From assembly GCA_963703315.1 (NCBI GenBank), contig OY969811.1, positions 3,456,001 to 3,520,000 of the forward strand: a DNA stretch of 64,000 nucleotides. The letters are read 5' to 3'. This document shows positions 18,818 to 28,500 of the stretch, piece by piece (positions within the stretch are counted from its first letter, which is position 1; the number at the start of each line of letters is the position of its first letter). The DNA is from an uncultured cyanobacterium (GTDB taxonomy: Bacteria; Cyanobacteriota; Cyanobacteriia; Pseudanabaenales; Pseudanabaenaceae). The translations under genes and the position numbers were made by a program. The notes under the pieces are model-generated. The model saw only the letters and a program-made list of their open reading frames with translations, made no database searches and was not told the origin of the DNA.

Positions 18818-19078
18818 CTAGGCTTGTGGCTTTCCACCAATATCGCCATCACCATCAATATCCTTGCCAGTAGCTGTTTCTAGAGCATCAACAGCTTTAC
18901 CCGCAGAGTCCTTAGCGATCGCTCCAACATCTGTATGTAACACATCAGTAGCTTTTTTCAGGTTCTCTTCACCAACAACGTCTTCAACCTTATCTTTAAC
19001 GGCTTCAGCAATTTCTCCAGCTTTTTGCTGTAAACCACTGACGAATCCGCCAAGCCCTGATTTTTGTTCTTCGCTCAT
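18818..19078 (-). CDS. Small hydrophilic hypothetical protein
   Basis: 86 aa, A/K/D/E-rich, stress-protein-like; C-terminal DIDGDGDIG. Confidence 0.7.
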   Translation of the reverse strand: MSEEQKSGLGGFVSGLQQKAGEIAEAVKDKVEDVVGEENLKKATDVLHTDVGAIAKDSAGKAVDALETATGKDIDGDGDIGGKPQA

Positions 19079-19182
19079 TTTGATTTACTCTGTAAAGTAT
19101 TTTGGTTAGCTTGCCCCTCGATTATAACTATGCATTTCTAAAAATTATGTTGTTTGTAACACTCCTTAGTCTTACAACCCTT

Positions 19183-19274
19183 TAAGTAGCTGGGCGCAAT
19201 TAAATATAAAACCCAAAAACCTGTGGCGCACGCTGCGCTTGCACCACAAGTTTTTACTCTGGGTTTTAATTGCG
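19183..19274. repeat. Partial MITE-like repeat (TAAGTAGCT end family)
   Basis: Related to 25380-25483 and 53693-53759. Confidence 0.55.
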
Positions 19275-19286
19275 ACAACTTGAGAA

Positions 19287-19316
19287 TTCATCCATTCGGG
19301 CTTAGGATGCGTATAT
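19287..19316 (+). promoter_or_regulatory. Putative ECF sigma promoter (autoregulatory)
   Basis: TTCATCCA-N15-CGTATAT; identical boxes and spacing at 20803-20832. Confidence 0.7.
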
Positions 19317-19374
19317 ATGCATGAGGCTTGCAAATGTTAATGCTTAAACCCACGACTCTATTTTTCTGTCCCCT

Positions 19375-19962
19375 ATGAAAATTACTGGGAAAATTGCTGA
19401 TCAAGCTGATCAAACAGATGCAGAAATATTGCAAGCTTGGCGATCAGGAAGCAGTCAAGCTTTTGGTGTGTTTTACGATCGCTATGGTGAATTGGTTTAC
19501 CGCGTATCCTTAAGGATTTTGGGTAGTTCTCAAGAAGCTGAGGACTTGACTCAGGAAATTTTTATTTTACTTAGTCGGACTACCACCTATGACAGTAAGC
19601 GTGGGTCGATCGCCACTTTTCTGTCAGTCCTGACCCGATCTAGGGCAATTGACCGTCTGCGTAAAATGCGATCGCAACAGCAACATCTACAAAAATGGGA
19701 ACAAAGTATTTCTTCAGAACCTGACCTTAAAAACTCATCGCTCATGGAAAATGCGTCACTTGCCGAACGCTCCGAAAAAGTAAAAGCAGCGTTAGCAAAT
19801 TTGCCTGATAAGCATCGTCAAGTTTTAGAGATGGCATATTTTGATGGACTCAGCCAATCGGAAATTGCTAAAGCTCTAGATACGCCTCTGGGAACGGTCA
19901 AATCTTGGGCGCGAAATGGATTGATTCGATTGAGAGAAAGTTTGCAGGATTCGCTGGAATAA
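19375..19962 (+). CDS. ECF RNA polymerase sigma factor (SigK-like)
   Basis: EAEDLTQEIF, RSRAIDRLR, YFDGLSQSEIA...PLGTVKS. Confidence 0.92.
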   Translation: MKITGKIADQADQTDAEILQAWRSGSSQAFGVFYDRYGELVYRVSLRILGSSQEAEDLTQEIFILLSRTTTYDSKRGSIATFLSVLTRSRAIDRLRKMRSQQQHLQKWEQSISSEPDLKNSSLMENASLAERSEKVKAALANLPDKHRQVLEMAYFDGLSQSEIAKALDTPLGTVKSWARNGLIRLRESLQDSLE

Positions 19963-19964
19963 TT

Positions 19965-20762
19965 ATGAAAAATGATCAGTATCCCCAAGCATGGGAAGAA
20001 CTATTAGCAGGTTATGTTCTTGGTGATTTAGAAACTGAAGAGATCACCGAGATGCATCAAATTATTGCGGAACACCCCGAAATAATTAAAGAGATTGATA
20101 GCTTACAAGAGACGTTAGCACTACTTCCCCTTGGTTTAAATGAGAGTTATCCTGCTGAAGATCTACGCGATCGCATTGCGGCAGCAGCTATGCCGATAAA
20201 TGAAGATCTATTAGCTGATTCATTAGATCCAGCCCTAAATTTAGCAGTACCAAAAGTTAAGCGATCGCCAAGTCTGCAAAAATTATGGAAATTTGGATGG
20301 ATTGGTTTTGGGACTATTGGGGCGATCGCTCTGGTTGGATTAGGTTTTGATAATTACCAAATGCGTCAACAAATCGCCACTAATCAAATAGAACTGCAAA
20401 AATATCGTCAAACCATTGCGATGTTGCAGGGGGCGGATAATCGGATGATCTCCCTTAAAGGTATGGGCGCAATTCCTGCGGCTTCTGGCAGTGTGATGAT
20501 TGCACCTACTGAAAAAACAGCAATGATTAGTATTCAGAACCTCATGCCAATTCCCCAAGAAAATAGCTATCGACTTTGGGCGATCGTGGATGGCAAGAAA
20601 GTAGATTGTGCTAAGTTTCGACCTGATGATCAAGGTAAAGTATTTCTCAAAGTGCCATTAGCAAGCGCTCTCAAGCAATCTACCACCTTAATCATCACCA
20701 TTGAACCCAACAAAGATATGCCAGAACCCACTGGCGAAATGGTCATGAAAGGAGAAGTGTAG
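19965..20762 (+). CDS. RskA-like membrane anti-sigma factor
   Basis: ELLAGYVLGDL, one TM helix, YRLWAI...ITIEP...PTG; start ATG 19965. Confidence 0.88.
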   Translation: MKNDQYPQAWEELLAGYVLGDLETEEITEMHQIIAEHPEIIKEIDSLQETLALLPLGLNESYPAEDLRDRIAAAAMPINEDLLADSLDPALNLAVPKVKRSPSLQKLWKFGWIGFGTIGAIALVGLGFDNYQMRQQIATNQIELQKYRQTIAMLQGADNRMISLKGMGAIPAASGSVMIAPTEKTAMISIQNLMPIPQENSYRLWAIVDGKKVDCAKFRPDDQGKVFLKVPLASALKQSTTLIITIEPNKDMPEPTGEMVMKGEV

Positions 20763-20765
20763 CAA

Positions 20766-20796
20766 TTAGAGATAGATGCAAAGCATCTATCTCTAA
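20766..20796. terminator. Hairpin after the anti-sigma gene
   Basis: TTAGAGATAGATGC-AAA-GCATCTATCTCTAA. Confidence 0.5.
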
Positions 20797-20802
20797 AATT
20801 AT

Positions 20803-20832
20803 TTCATCCAATTTACTAGCTCATTCGTATAT
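20803..20832 (+). promoter_or_regulatory. Putative ECF sigma promoter of the Met-rich protein operon
   Basis: TTCATCCA-N15-CGTATAT. Confidence 0.7.
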
Positions 20833-20894
20833 CCAATAAGTGAACCCTGAACAGGTTACTTCCCATTAATGTTTTGGAAAGAGAGCTTATAACG

Positions 20895-21320
20895 ATGAAC
20901 TATAGAATTCTTGGACTGATTGCTGGTTTGACTCTTACTGCTGGAATTGTTTCATGTAGCGCAACATCAACTCCTACTCAGCAAACAACTCCCGCCACTC
21001 AATCCACAGCTAAACCTGCTGATGCGATGAAAAGCGATGCCATGAAAAATGATGCCATGAAAAGCGATAAACCTGCGGATGCCATGAAAAGCGATGCCAT
21101 GAAAGATAAAACTGGCGATGCCATGAAAAGCGATGCTATGAAGAGTGACAAGCCTGCTGACGCAATGAAAAGTGACGCAATGAAAGGCGATGCGATGAAA
21201 AGTGACGCAATGAAAGGTGATGCAATGAAGAATGACGCAATGAAGAATGACAAGCCTGCGGATGCCATGAAAAACGATGCGATGAAAAGCGACAAACCTG
21301 CCGATGCGATGAAGCAATAG
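20895..21320 (+). CDS. Methionine-rich MXKDX-type repeat lipoprotein
   Basis: Signal peptide with lipobox IVSC; 16 DAMK repeats. Confidence 0.85.
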   Translation: MNYRILGLIAGLTLTAGIVSCSATSTPTQQTTPATQSTAKPADAMKSDAMKNDAMKSDKPADAMKSDAMKDKTGDAMKSDAMKSDKPADAMKSDAMKGDAMKSDAMKGDAMKNDAMKNDKPADAMKNDAMKSDKPADAMKQ

Positions 21321-21409
21321 TTTTGTCAAAATTCCGAGGCAATGAATTTTGATAGTCAATTACTCAAAATTCATTGCCATAATAATTGTCATTTTATAGA
21401 GAGTCTACA

Positions 21410-22057
21410 ATGGATAGAAATTTGCTAAGTCGTCGTCGATTGATGACTTATATGGGATTGGGAACATTAGGAATTGGTAGTGCGGCGATCGCTACTCAAT
21501 TAGGTTCCACCAAAACATCTAACCTCATAACTTCTGCTATTTCTCCACAGACAACTCCTAATTCTGAACTTCCTAAATCCACTAATTCTGAAATCCCATC
21601 TGTGGCTCAAAATTCTCAATCAAGCAGTCAAAAATTACCAGAATTTCAAGGGATTTCCCAATGGTTAAATTCTGCTCCATTATCTATTGCAGACTTAAAG
21701 GGAAATGTAGTCATGGTTCAATTCTGGACTTTTGGTTGCATTAACTGTCAGCGTACATTGCCATATATGACGCGCTGGCATGAGCAGTATGCCGCCAAAG
21801 GATTGAAGATTATTGGTGTGCATACTCCAGAATTTGCTTTTGAGCGCGATGTCAATAATATCAAAGATGCCATGCAGAAACATGGTATTAATTATGCAGT
21901 CGCCCTTGATAATGAGTTTAAAACTTGGAAAGCGTACAAAAATGAGTACTGGCCGCACCTGTTTTTAGCCGATCGCCAAGGTAATCTTGTATACGATCAT
22001 ATTGGCGAAGGGGCTTATGCCAAAACTGAACAATTGATTCAAAAATTACTGGGATAA
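21410..22057 (+). CDS. Tat-exported thioredoxin-like protein (DipZ-type redoxin)
   Basis: SRRRLM Tat-like motif; FWTFGCINC; GVHTPEF; NEYWP. Confidence 0.88.
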   Translation: MDRNLLSRRRLMTYMGLGTLGIGSAAIATQLGSTKTSNLITSAISPQTTPNSELPKSTNSEIPSVAQNSQSSSQKLPEFQGISQWLNSAPLSIADLKGNVVMVQFWTFGCINCQRTLPYMTRWHEQYAAKGLKIIGVHTPEFAFERDVNNIKDAMQKHGINYAVALDNEFKTWKAYKNEYWPHLFLADRQGNLVYDHIGEGAYAKTEQLIQKLLG

Positions 22058-22062
22058 GTGCG

Positions 22063-22752
22063 ATGGGAATCTCTCCTCTAGGGATTATTTTAGCGATATC
22101 AGGTGGCTTGCTAACTGCATTTTCGCCCTGTGTATTACCAATTTTGCCAATTCTAATCGGGCGATCGCTACAGACTCATCGTTATGGACCAGTTGCACTT
22201 GTCTCAGGAACTATCAGTGGTTTTACGATCGCAGGTAGTTTATTGGGCATCGCTAGCCTTTGGTTAGTTGACTTAGCTAATTTTATGCGAGTTTTCGCGA
22301 TCGCGCTTTTGCTAATCCTCGGATTGTTATCCATATTCCCTAAGTTAAGTTATTTTTTGTTAGCGAAGTTACCACTTCCCAAATTTAAAGAACCTGTACG
22401 CATCAATTTAGCGGGTGAATTTCTGCTAGGTTCTCAACTGGGTCTATTATGGACTCCCTGTGCGGGACCCGTATTAGGTAGCATCTTAGTCCTAGCCGCC
22501 GCCGATCAGCAAATTTTGAGTGCTTTTATTTTGCTGATGTTTTACGGCGTTGGGGCGGGTATACCGATGTTATTGATTGCTTATACTAGTCGATATTTTA
22601 GTAAGTCTTTCTTGCGACTACGCGCTCATAGTCTGCTTTTACAAAAAATTGGTGGCGTGATGATATCTATGACCGCGATCGCCATTATTCTCGGATGGGA
22701 TGTCAAAATTCAACTTTGGCTAGCACCATTCTTTCCTGAGTTGCCATTATGA
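22063..22752 (+). CDS. CcdA/DsbD-like membrane disulfide reductase
   Basis: SPCVLP and WTPCAGP motifs, multi-TM. Confidence 0.88.
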   Translation: MGISPLGIILAISGGLLTAFSPCVLPILPILIGRSLQTHRYGPVALVSGTISGFTIAGSLLGIASLWLVDLANFMRVFAIALLLILGLLSIFPKLSYFLLAKLPLPKFKEPVRINLAGEFLLGSQLGLLWTPCAGPVLGSILVLAAADQQILSAFILLMFYGVGAGIPMLLIAYTSRYFSKSFLRLRAHSLLLQKIGGVMISMTAIAIILGWDVKIQLWLAPFFPELPL

Positions 22753-22771
22753 ACTTACATTAATTAAACCT

Positions 22772-23371
22772 ATGAGTACCCAATCTGCAAAGCCAAAATC
22801 GCCTCCTGCTCCCAAGCAAGCGATATTTATTAAAGCATTCCATTCCATCAATCTCATCGCTCTAGTTTTGATGACAGCTAGCGGACTCCAAATCTACAAT
22901 GCTAATCCTGTCTTTGGTGGTCGTGCGGGTTGGCGTTTCCCCAAGGAATTACTCTTAGGTGGGTGGTTAGGTGCAGGTAGAAATTGGCACTTTGCTTCGA
23001 TGTGGGTATTTTCCATGAGCTTACTGATCTATGGAATATATATCTTCCTCACCCGCCGATGGAAGCATCGATTTGCTTCTGAAAAAGATATTCAAGCACT
23101 GCAAGCCAAAAATCCTAAACGGAAGAACTATGCTTGGCATCGGCTGGCTTATACGGCGATTATTCCCATTTTACTCTTAGCAATTCTCTCTGGTTTATGT
23201 ATGTATAAACCTGTGCAGTTTGCATGGATTTCAGGATTATTCGGTAACTGGCAAAATCTCCGTGTTGCTCATTTTTTGACAATTCCAATAGTGCTGATTT
23301 TTGCGATCGCGCATATATTTCTATCGTTTAGAGTGGGTGGGTTGAAAATGATTCGCTCCATGTTTATTTAG
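22772..23371 (+). CDS. Cytochrome b-type membrane subunit (MsrQ-analogous)
   Basis: FHSIN...SGLQIYNA...WHFASMW...AHF...AHI heme-ligand His residues. Confidence 0.82.
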   Translation: MSTQSAKPKSPPAPKQAIFIKAFHSINLIALVLMTASGLQIYNANPVFGGRAGWRFPKELLLGGWLGAGRNWHFASMWVFSMSLLIYGIYIFLTRRWKHRFASEKDIQALQAKNPKRKNYAWHRLAYTAIIPILLLAILSGLCMYKPVQFAWISGLFGNWQNLRVAHFLTIPIVLIFAIAHIFLSFRVGGLKMIRSMFI

Positions 23372-23388
23372 TTATAGAGATTACAACA

Positions 23389-24165
23389 ATGCAATTTGAT
23401 AAAAAGCACTTTGATCAACATCTGCACCGTCGGTTTTCGCGTCGTCAACTGATGCAATATGCCAGCTTGTCAGGCATGGGCTTATTTTTAGGAAGTTGCT
23501 CTAGTGATGCTAGTAGAGTCAGTCCTATTTTTAAGCCACTCAATCAACAATCAGACAAGGTAAGAGCTTTATTTGAACCTCTTAATCAAAGTATTGAAGA
23601 ATTAATCTTTCAAGCGAAAACCCCTGCACCTGAATATCCTATTAGTGCGATCGAGCCTGAGGCATTACTGATTAATTCCTTTGATACCACACCTGTGATT
23701 GATCCTAATTCATTTAAATTAATTGTTGATGGTGCGGTGGAGCATCCCATGCAATTGAGTATGAAGGACATTCAATCACTCCCATTAACTTCGATGGTGA
23801 TTCGTCATGTGTGTGTAGAAGGTTGGGCGGCGATCGTGCAGTGGGGAGGCTTACGGCTATACGATTTAGCGAAGTTAGTCCAGCCCAAAGCAGGAGCGCG
23901 TTATGTCTATTTTGAATCTGCTGATAAGTATTATGAGAGTTGGGATATTGCTTCGGCTTTGCATCCACAAACTTTACTCGCTTATCAAAAAAATGGTCAG
24001 CCGCTACCAGTTGAGAATGGCGCACCGATCCGTTTAGCTTCTCCAATTAAGCTTGGCTATAAGCAATCAAAATGGGTAGTTCGCGTTACCTTCACTAATG
24101 AGCTAGCCCAAAAGCGGCGTGGTTATTGGGTAGATGAGGGTTATGAATGGTTTGCAGGATTATGA
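23389..24165 (+). CDS. Molybdopterin-dependent oxidoreductase (MsrP/YedY-like)
   Basis: Tat SRRQLM; HVCVEGW; GAPIRLASPIKLGYKQSKW; GYWVDEGY. Confidence 0.87.
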   Translation: MQFDKKHFDQHLHRRFSRRQLMQYASLSGMGLFLGSCSSDASRVSPIFKPLNQQSDKVRALFEPLNQSIEELIFQAKTPAPEYPISAIEPEALLINSFDTTPVIDPNSFKLIVDGAVEHPMQLSMKDIQSLPLTSMVIRHVCVEGWAAIVQWGGLRLYDLAKLVQPKAGARYVYFESADKYYESWDIASALHPQTLLAYQKNGQPLPVENGAPIRLASPIKLGYKQSKWVVRVTFTNELAQKRRGYWVDEGYEWFAGL

Positions 24166-24305
24166 GGCGGCACAAAACTTTGCCTCATAATTTTAAAAAG
24201 TTGAGTGTAATGTATCTATCAAGCTTTGGAAAGAAGAATTACAATTGAGACGCATCAGATTGTAAATAATCAAATTCATCGCTGTGCGATAGGTAAAATG
24301 CAACT

Positions 24306-25379
24306 ATGCTAAAACTCTTTAATTCATCTCAGACTAAGATTGTCCAAGCCGTAAACTCCCTGAGTCAATATGGAGTTAGCGCAACGGAGCAAGAGCATTT
24401 TATTGATTTTTTACAGACTCCAGATAGCCGATCGCTTTATCATACAAATCCGCGCCTAATTGCGGAGCAGCTAAAACTCTCAGAGCGCGATACTTTAAAA
24501 TTATTAGTAATTGCGCTTAAGGAAGGAATTGTGACTTTGAACTGGGATATTCAATGTCCAGCCTGTCAAGGAGTTGATTTTGCGGCAACCCAATTAGGAA
24601 AGTTAAGGACATTTCATATTTGCCCAGTCTGTCATCATAAGCATGAGTCCGATGCCGATCATCAGGTGCGCGTTACCTTTAGTATTGACGAAAGATTGCG
24701 ATCGCTACCAAAGGAAGCCAATGATCCTGAATTTCGGAAGCAGATTGATGCGAAGTATGGTGTGGTGTCAGGACATCGCCTGTTAACTTTGCAGATATTT
24801 CGTGAACTATTTCCTCGCGAAACCATACCGCCTAATGAAAGTTTACTAATTCGGCAAGTCACGATTCTATTTACTGATCTAGCTGGCTCAACCGCGCTCT
24901 ATAGTCAGAGAGGTGATTCTCAAGCCTATGGTTTAGTGCGTCAACATTTCAATCTTCTCTTTGAAATTGTCGATCAGCATAATGGAGCCGTCATCAAAAC
25001 CATTGGTGACGCGATTATGGCAAGTTTTACATCGCCTGATGATGGACTCAAAGCAGCGATCGCCATGCAATCAAGAATGCAGGAATTTAATCGTAGTCTT
25101 AAATCTTTAGAACAGGAACTAATTCTCAAAGTGGGAGTGCATACAGGTGCTTGCATTAGTGTTAATCTCAACGATCGCTCGGACTACTTTGGTACAACGG
25201 TCAACACCGCCGCACGAGTGCAAGGATTAAGTCAAGGTAATGACATTGTATTTACTGAATCTTTGCGAAGTAAGGCTATGGCGATCACGGCGATCAAACA
25301 TTCTATTTGCGAAGAGAGTTCTGTAATTTTAAAAGGTTTGAGTGAACCCATATCTGTTTTTCGGGTGCGCGGGAATTAA
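24306..25379 (+). CDS. Adenylate/guanylate cyclase with N-terminal Cys-rich domain
   Basis: LFTDLAGST, KTIGDAIMA, DYFGTTVNTAARV; CPACQ...CPVCH. Confidence 0.88.
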   Translation: MLKLFNSSQTKIVQAVNSLSQYGVSATEQEHFIDFLQTPDSRSLYHTNPRLIAEQLKLSERDTLKLLVIALKEGIVTLNWDIQCPACQGVDFAATQLGKLRTFHICPVCHHKHESDADHQVRVTFSIDERLRSLPKEANDPEFRKQIDAKYGVVSGHRLLTLQIFRELFPRETIPPNESLLIRQVTILFTDLAGSTALYSQRGDSQAYGLVRQHFNLLFEIVDQHNGAVIKTIGDAIMASFTSPDDGLKAAIAMQSRMQEFNRSLKSLEQELILKVGVHTGACISVNLNDRSDYFGTTVNTAARVQGLSQGNDIVFTESLRSKAMAITAIKHSICEESSVILKGLSEPISVFRVRGN

Positions 25380-25483
25380 TAAGTAGCTAGGCATAAGTAA
25401 ACTTAAAACCTAGAAGCTTGTGCCGCCCGCTACGCGGGCGGCACAAGCTCTGGTTTTGGTTTTTAACTATGCTGAGCTACTTA
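25380..25483. repeat. MITE-like repeat with TAAGTAGCT...AGCTACTTA ends
   Basis: Terminal inverted repeats plus a long internal hairpin, between convergent genes. Confidence 0.7.
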
Positions 25484-25514
25484 CAGAGAGTTGCGCTTTG
25501 CTGCAACTCTCTAG

Positions 25515-28500
25515 CTACTGATGCTCAATGGGTAAAGAGATAACAAACTCTGTGCCTTTGCCTATTTCCGAGTTGACAAGAATTGAACCCTGATGCTTAT
25601 CAACAATAATTTGCTGGGCGATCGCTAAGCCTAACCCCGTTCCCTTGCCAACCTCTTTCGTCGTAAATAAATGATCAAAAATATGTTCTCTTATCTCTTC
25701 GCTCATGCCTTTGCCATTGTCCGCAATCTGAATCTTTACTTGCTGCTCAGCAACCGAGGTACGAATGGTAATCCGATTAGGATTGGCTAAGAGATCGTTA
25801 TAACTACTGCCTTGATTGGATTCTTCGATCGCATCGATCGCATTGGCTAAGAGGTTCATAAAGACTTGATTGAGTTGACCTGCAAAGCATTCCACCTGTG
25901 GTAAATTACCATATTCCTTAATTACTTGAATTTCTGGGCGATCGCTATCGGCTTTGAGGCGATGTTTGAGAATCAAGATCGTACTATCAATCCCATCATG
26001 GATATTGTAAGCAACGGGGCGATCGCTATCGGCACGAGAAAAGGTTCTCAGACTATTACTAATATCGCGAATTCGTTTGATACCTTCACGCATGGAACCG
26101 ACTAACTTTGGCAAATCCTCGCGAATGTACTCCAGATCAATATTTTCGATTTCACTTTGGATATCAGGATCGGAATTGGGATATTTCTGCTGATAGAGAT
26201 CAAGCAAGCCAAAGAGATCATTGATGTAATCTAAAGCTGGTCTAATGTTGCCTCCAAGAAAGCCAATCGGATTATTGATTTCGTGGGCTACCCCAGCCAC
26301 TAAGTTACCTAAGGCGGACATTTTTTCGCCTTGAATGAGTTGTAACTGCGTTTGTTGAAGTTGGCGTAAAGCTTGCTCTAACTCTTCAGACTTTTGCTGA
26401 CGCTCTAGCTCGATCCGCTTGCGTTCGGTAATATCCTGTACCATCGAATATGCCCCCACTAGATTTCCCTTTTCATCTAGTAAGGGCGTATTAATCCATT
26501 CACAAATGATGGTTCGACCATCCTTTGTCAAGTTCTCATTGCTGTTATAAATGCCGCCTTGCTGATTAATCAGATTTTGGAATATTTTAATGACATCAGC
26601 ATGACTAGCTTCAGGCACAATTGTCAAGCCGTGACCATGTAAAATTTCACTAGCTTGGTAACCAAAGATTCTTTCTGCGGCGGCGTTCCAACTAGTAACT
26701 CTAAAATCGGTATCCCATTCAATTAATGCCACTGGTGTACGTTCAATCAAGAACATTAACTTGGCTCGAAACTTCTCTAGTTCTCTAGCTGATTGTTGAA
26801 TAATTTGTGCTTTTTCCTGCTCGTTGGCATAGAGACGCGCATTTTGTAAAGAAATAGCTGCTTGCACACAAATAGAGTTCAGAACTTTGACGCGATCGCT
26901 GGTAAATGCTCCCACCGTCAAATTATTTTCTAAGTATAAAATTGCAATCAATTTTCCTTGATTGAGAATTGGATTACATAAAACACTTTTGGGCTGTTGA
27001 GCGCGAATATAGGGATCATTGGCGAAACTCGGATGTAAGGTAGCATCCCAAATTACTAGAGGATTAATTGTATTTTTAACCGTATTAATCAAAGCCAATG
27101 GTACTAATTGACCATCATCAATGGGAATAGACTGCATAATTTGCTCAGGTTGTCCCAATTGAGATAATGCTTCAATTACCCATTCATGCTCTGATGAATG
27201 ACTATTGGGCATTAATAACACACACTTATCTGCACCCGCATTCTCAGTAACAATATGGAGTAAGGTCGAAAGCAATTTTTCTAATTCAATGGCACTAGAG
27301 AGACTTTGAGAAGCTTGGAGAATGGTCGATAGATCAAGGGATTCAGAAATATTTGTACTACTAGTAGAAGCTTTACTCGCATGGGAGGGAGCAGTAAAGA
27401 TCGTTTCTGTGGAATTAAAAGACTGCTGTTGGCGTTGGAGAATCGGCAACAGAAGCTGTGGGTAACGCATTTCTAAATCCTCCACCTTGGCTTTTGCTCC
27501 CCAACGGCTATAGGCATAGTAGGCCTCGGTCATATAGGACTGAGCAATTTTTTCTTTACCCCATCCTAAATAGAACTTGGCGGCGAGTTCACAAGCTAAG
27601 GCTTCTTCTTGGATATATTGATGGTCTTGAGCTAGTTGGATTGCCAAATCATAGGCGGCGATCGCCTCAGCTTTATTCCCGATCGCACGGTAACGTTCTG
27701 CTTCTACCAATTGGAATTTGTGGGCATAGTTCATCGGTGCGTGCCTTGCCCACTCGGTCATGGATTTTTGATTTGCAGATACTCTGGTTAAGATTGCCGT
27801 TTGACTCGTATGTTCATCTGGATTTACTGGATCTAGATGATTACACAGCGCTAGATGAGCAAGAGAATCATAGAAGTTAAAGAAAGAACCTAAAACAAAT
27901 GCAGCACCGCTATCTAAATATTTCTTACATATGTCAGCGTAGTAGGTGGCTTTTTCCAAATCTTCCATGAGGTAATAGACCATTAACCGACTAATCGAAA
28001 ACATGAAAACCGTTGTGCGATCGTTGGCAGTCAAATAGTAATTTAGTAACTTCGGATCACTATAGTCATCATCGTGCCAACCCATTGGCGGCTGTGACTG
28101 TCCCATCAGCATTAAAACAGCCCAGCGAAACACCTCATTTTTATGTAAGATTGCGGACTGCTTCACGCCATTCATAACTTGGCTGTAATTCGCCATTTCT
28201 ACTTCAATGGCGGGTAAGTTCTGTCCTGATAGTAAAGAATGACAGCCATATTGAAACGATGAACGGGAAGCATACTCAAAATCACCGATTGCCATACCAC
28301 TTTGATAGCTATCTAGCAAAGGTTTTAAGGTTTGATGGAGATGCTCTTTGTGATAGCGAATAAATACATTAAAGGCAAAGATGGTTTTGGTCTCAAACTC
28401 TTTAGCATCAAATTTTTCCAACAGACTGAGTGCCAGTTGCCCAAATTGATAGCCTCCATCGATATCGCCCACCAGTCCTGCTAATACCAACCCATACCAA

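Noticed and set aside
20967..21359. Repetitive minus-strand ORFs (FMAS / HRI repeats)
   Set aside because: Reverse-frame readings of the DAMK repeat; the plus frame has a signal peptide and a promoter.
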